64,000 nt of DNA from an uncultured Chloroflexia bacterium. Its GTDB lineage: Bacteria; Chloroflexota; Limnocylindria; Limnocylindrales; CSP1-4. Both the position numbers and the translations under genes were made by a program. Location: positions 32,001-96,000 of the forward strand of contig CAVYIM010000004.1 in assembly GCA_963768655.1 (NCBI GenBank), in the 5' to 3' direction. Of this stretch, positions 62,304-64,000 are shown piece after piece. Every line of letters begins with the position of its first letter. The first letter of the stretch is position 1. The notes under the pieces were generated by a model. It was not told the origin of the DNA. It made no database searches and saw only the letters and a program-made list of their open reading frames with translations.

Positions 62304-63527
62304 GTGAGCGACAAGACCAGCAGCGACGCCGCGAACGCCCCGGCGCCGGCCCACACCCCCGAGAAGAGCAAGAAGATCCGCGTCGCCATCGTCGGCGTCG
62401 GCAACTGCGCGAGCAGCCTCATCCAGGGCCGCTACTACTACGAGAACGCCGCTGAGACCGACTTCGTGCCAGGTCTCATGCACGTCAACCTGGGCGGTTA
62501 CCACATCCGCGACATCGAGTTCGTGGCCGCCTTCGACATCGACAAGAACAAGGTCGGCAAGGATCTGTCCGAAGCGATCTACCAGAAGCCGAACAACACC
62601 TTCGTCTTCCAGAAGGTCCCCCACCTCGGCGTCAAGGTCGAGCGCGGCATGACCCACGACGGTCTGGGCAAGTACCTGTCCCAGATCATCGAGAAGGCAC
62701 CCGGACCCACGGCCGACGTAGCCGGGATCATGCGCGAGCGCAAGGTCGACGTCATGATCAACTACCTGCCGGTCGGCTCCGAGGAAGCGACCAAGTGGTA
62801 TGTCGAGCAGGCGCTCGCCGCCGGCGTCGGCGTCGTCAACTGCATCCCGGTCTTCATCGCCCGCGAGCCGTACTGGCAGCGCCGCTTCGCCGAGAAGGGC
62901 CTGCCGATCATCGGCGACGACATCAAGAGCCAGGTCGGCGCGACGATCAGCCACCGCGTCCTCACCCGCCTCTTCATGGACCGCGGCGTTCGCGTCGACC
63001 GTACGTACCAGCTGAACTTCGGCGGCAACACCGACTTTCTCAACATGCTCGAGCGGGAGCGGCTCGAGTCGAAGAAGATCAGCAAGACGAACGCGGTCAC
63101 CTCGATGCTCGACTACGACATCGACCCCGACAACATCCACGTCGGCCCGTCGGACCACGTGCCGTGGCTGCTCGACCGCAAGTACTGCTACATAGTCATG
63201 GAGGGCACGACATTCGGCGACGTGCCCCTCAAGTGCGAGATGAAGCTCGAGGTCTGGGACAGCCCGAACAGCGCCGGCGTCGTCATCGATGCCCTCCGCT
63301 GCCTCAAGCTCGGCCTGGATCGCGGCCTCAAGGGCGCGCTCGTCGCCCCCTCGGCGTACTTCAAGAAAAGCCCGCCCATCCAGCTGCATGACGACATCGC
63401 CTTCAACCGGGTCGAGGCCTTCATCCGCGGCGAGGACAACCAGGCCCTCGTCGGCACGGAGACCCTGCCCAAGAAGTTCACCCGGCCGGCTCCTCTCCGC
63501 GGCGGCGCCCCGGCGGCCACCAAGTAG
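62304..63527 (+). CDS. ino1: Myo-inositol-1-phosphate synthase
   Basis: [59 protein letters not shown]. Confidence 0.97.
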   Translation: MSDKTSSDAANAPAPAHTPEKSKKIRVAIVGVGNCASSLIQGRYYYENAAETDFVPGLMHVNLGGYHIRDIEFVAAFDIDKNKVGKDLSEAIYQKPNNTFVFQKVPHLGVKVERGMTHDGLGKYLSQIIEKAPGPTADVAGIMRERKVDVMINYLPVGSEEATKWYVEQALAAGVGVVNCIPVFIAREPYWQRRFAEKGLPIIGDDIKSQVGATISHRVLTRLFMDRGVRVDRTYQLNFGGNTDFLNMLERERLESKKISKTNAVTSMLDYDIDPDNIHVGPSDHVPWLLDRKYCYIVMEGTTFGDVPLKCEMKLEVWDSPNSAGVVIDALRCLKLGLDRGLKGALVAPSAYFKKSPPIQLHDDIAFNRVEAFIRGEDNQALVGTETLPKKFTRPAPLRGGAPAATK

Positions 63528-63597
63528 CAACGACGCCACCCTCCGCTTCCCGGGCGCCTCGCGCGACCCGGGAAGACGGCAGGGGCGCGGCAGAATC

Positions 63598-63627
63598 AAA
63601 GACCGTCGCCATCCGGCGACGGTCTTT
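63598..63627. terminator. Bidirectional terminator-like hairpin
   Basis: aaagaccgtcgcc-atcc-ggcgacggtcttt between convergent ino1 and tal. Confidence 0.75.
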
Positions 63628-63692
63628 CCGTTGGGACCTGCGCCGGCCTCGAGGCCGGGGCGACGGGCTGCGCTGCCGACGGTGAGCGATCC

Positions 63693-64000
63693 TCAGCGCG
63701 CCACGGCGGCAGCGGCGGTCTGCTCGATCCGCGCCAGCAGCGACTTCCACGCGGTCGCGAACGACTCGACGCCTGCCTCCTGGAGACGACCGGCAAGATC
63801 CGCCAGGTCCACTCCCGCGGCCGCGAACCTGGCCATGAGCGCGGGATCGGGAGAGTCGGAGCGGGCCTGGAGGGTTTGCGAAACGGTGCCGTGGCCGGCG
63901 AAGGCGAGCAGCGTCTCCTCTGGCATGGTGTTCACGGTCAGCGGCGCTGCGAGCGCCTCGATGTACAGCACATCGGACGCGGTCTTGTCCTTGGTTCCGG
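63693..64000 (-). CDS. tal: Transaldolase, 3' part (runs off the window)
   Basis: GTKD..ASDVLYIEAL..P.TVNTMPEETL, GVESFA.AWKSLL. Confidence 0.88.
   Translation of the reverse strand, partial: GTKDKTASDVLYIEALAAPLTVNTMPEETLLAFAGHGTVSQTLQARSDSPDPALMARFAAAGVDLADLAGRLQEAGVESFATAWKSLLARIEQTAAAAVAR

Overview
GC-rich (about 70%) bacterial chromosomal window, mostly housekeeping. Gene content and style suggest a Chloroflexota lineage such as Limnocylindria; this is inference only. Left to right: (1) a secreted His-Cys protease-like protein with three C-terminal repeats; (2) rmlABDC directly downstream of radC-mreB-mreC; (3) a co-oriented block of a CPBP protease, four zinc-ribbon proteins and UPF0182 behind guaA; (4) rhodanese, metH, a TrxB-like flavoprotein and a methyltransferase; (5) an Mre11/Rad50-like (YhaO/YhaN-type) pair; (6) two paralogous membrane-anchored proteins, an MFS transporter, citrate synthase, MarR and an ECF sigma/anti-sigma pair; (7) a NarL-type two-component system followed by a ferredoxin-GltD-like flavoenzyme coupled to two paralogous unknown membrane proteins; (8) an IS630 remnant beside an unexplained ~250-nt fold-back element; (9) a pentose-phosphate operon (tkt-rpiB-pgi-gnd-zwf-opcA-pgl); (10) a DMT transporter, HAD phosphatase, ino1 and the 3' end of tal. 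Three single-base frameshifts are probably assembly indels. No rRNA, tRNA or CRISPR array was seen. The best candidates for an undescribed system are the 42.8-49.0 kb redox/membrane module, the 49.5-49.75 kb structured element and the zinc-ribbon/UPF0182 cluster. All calls come from motif recognition by eye; no database searches were run.
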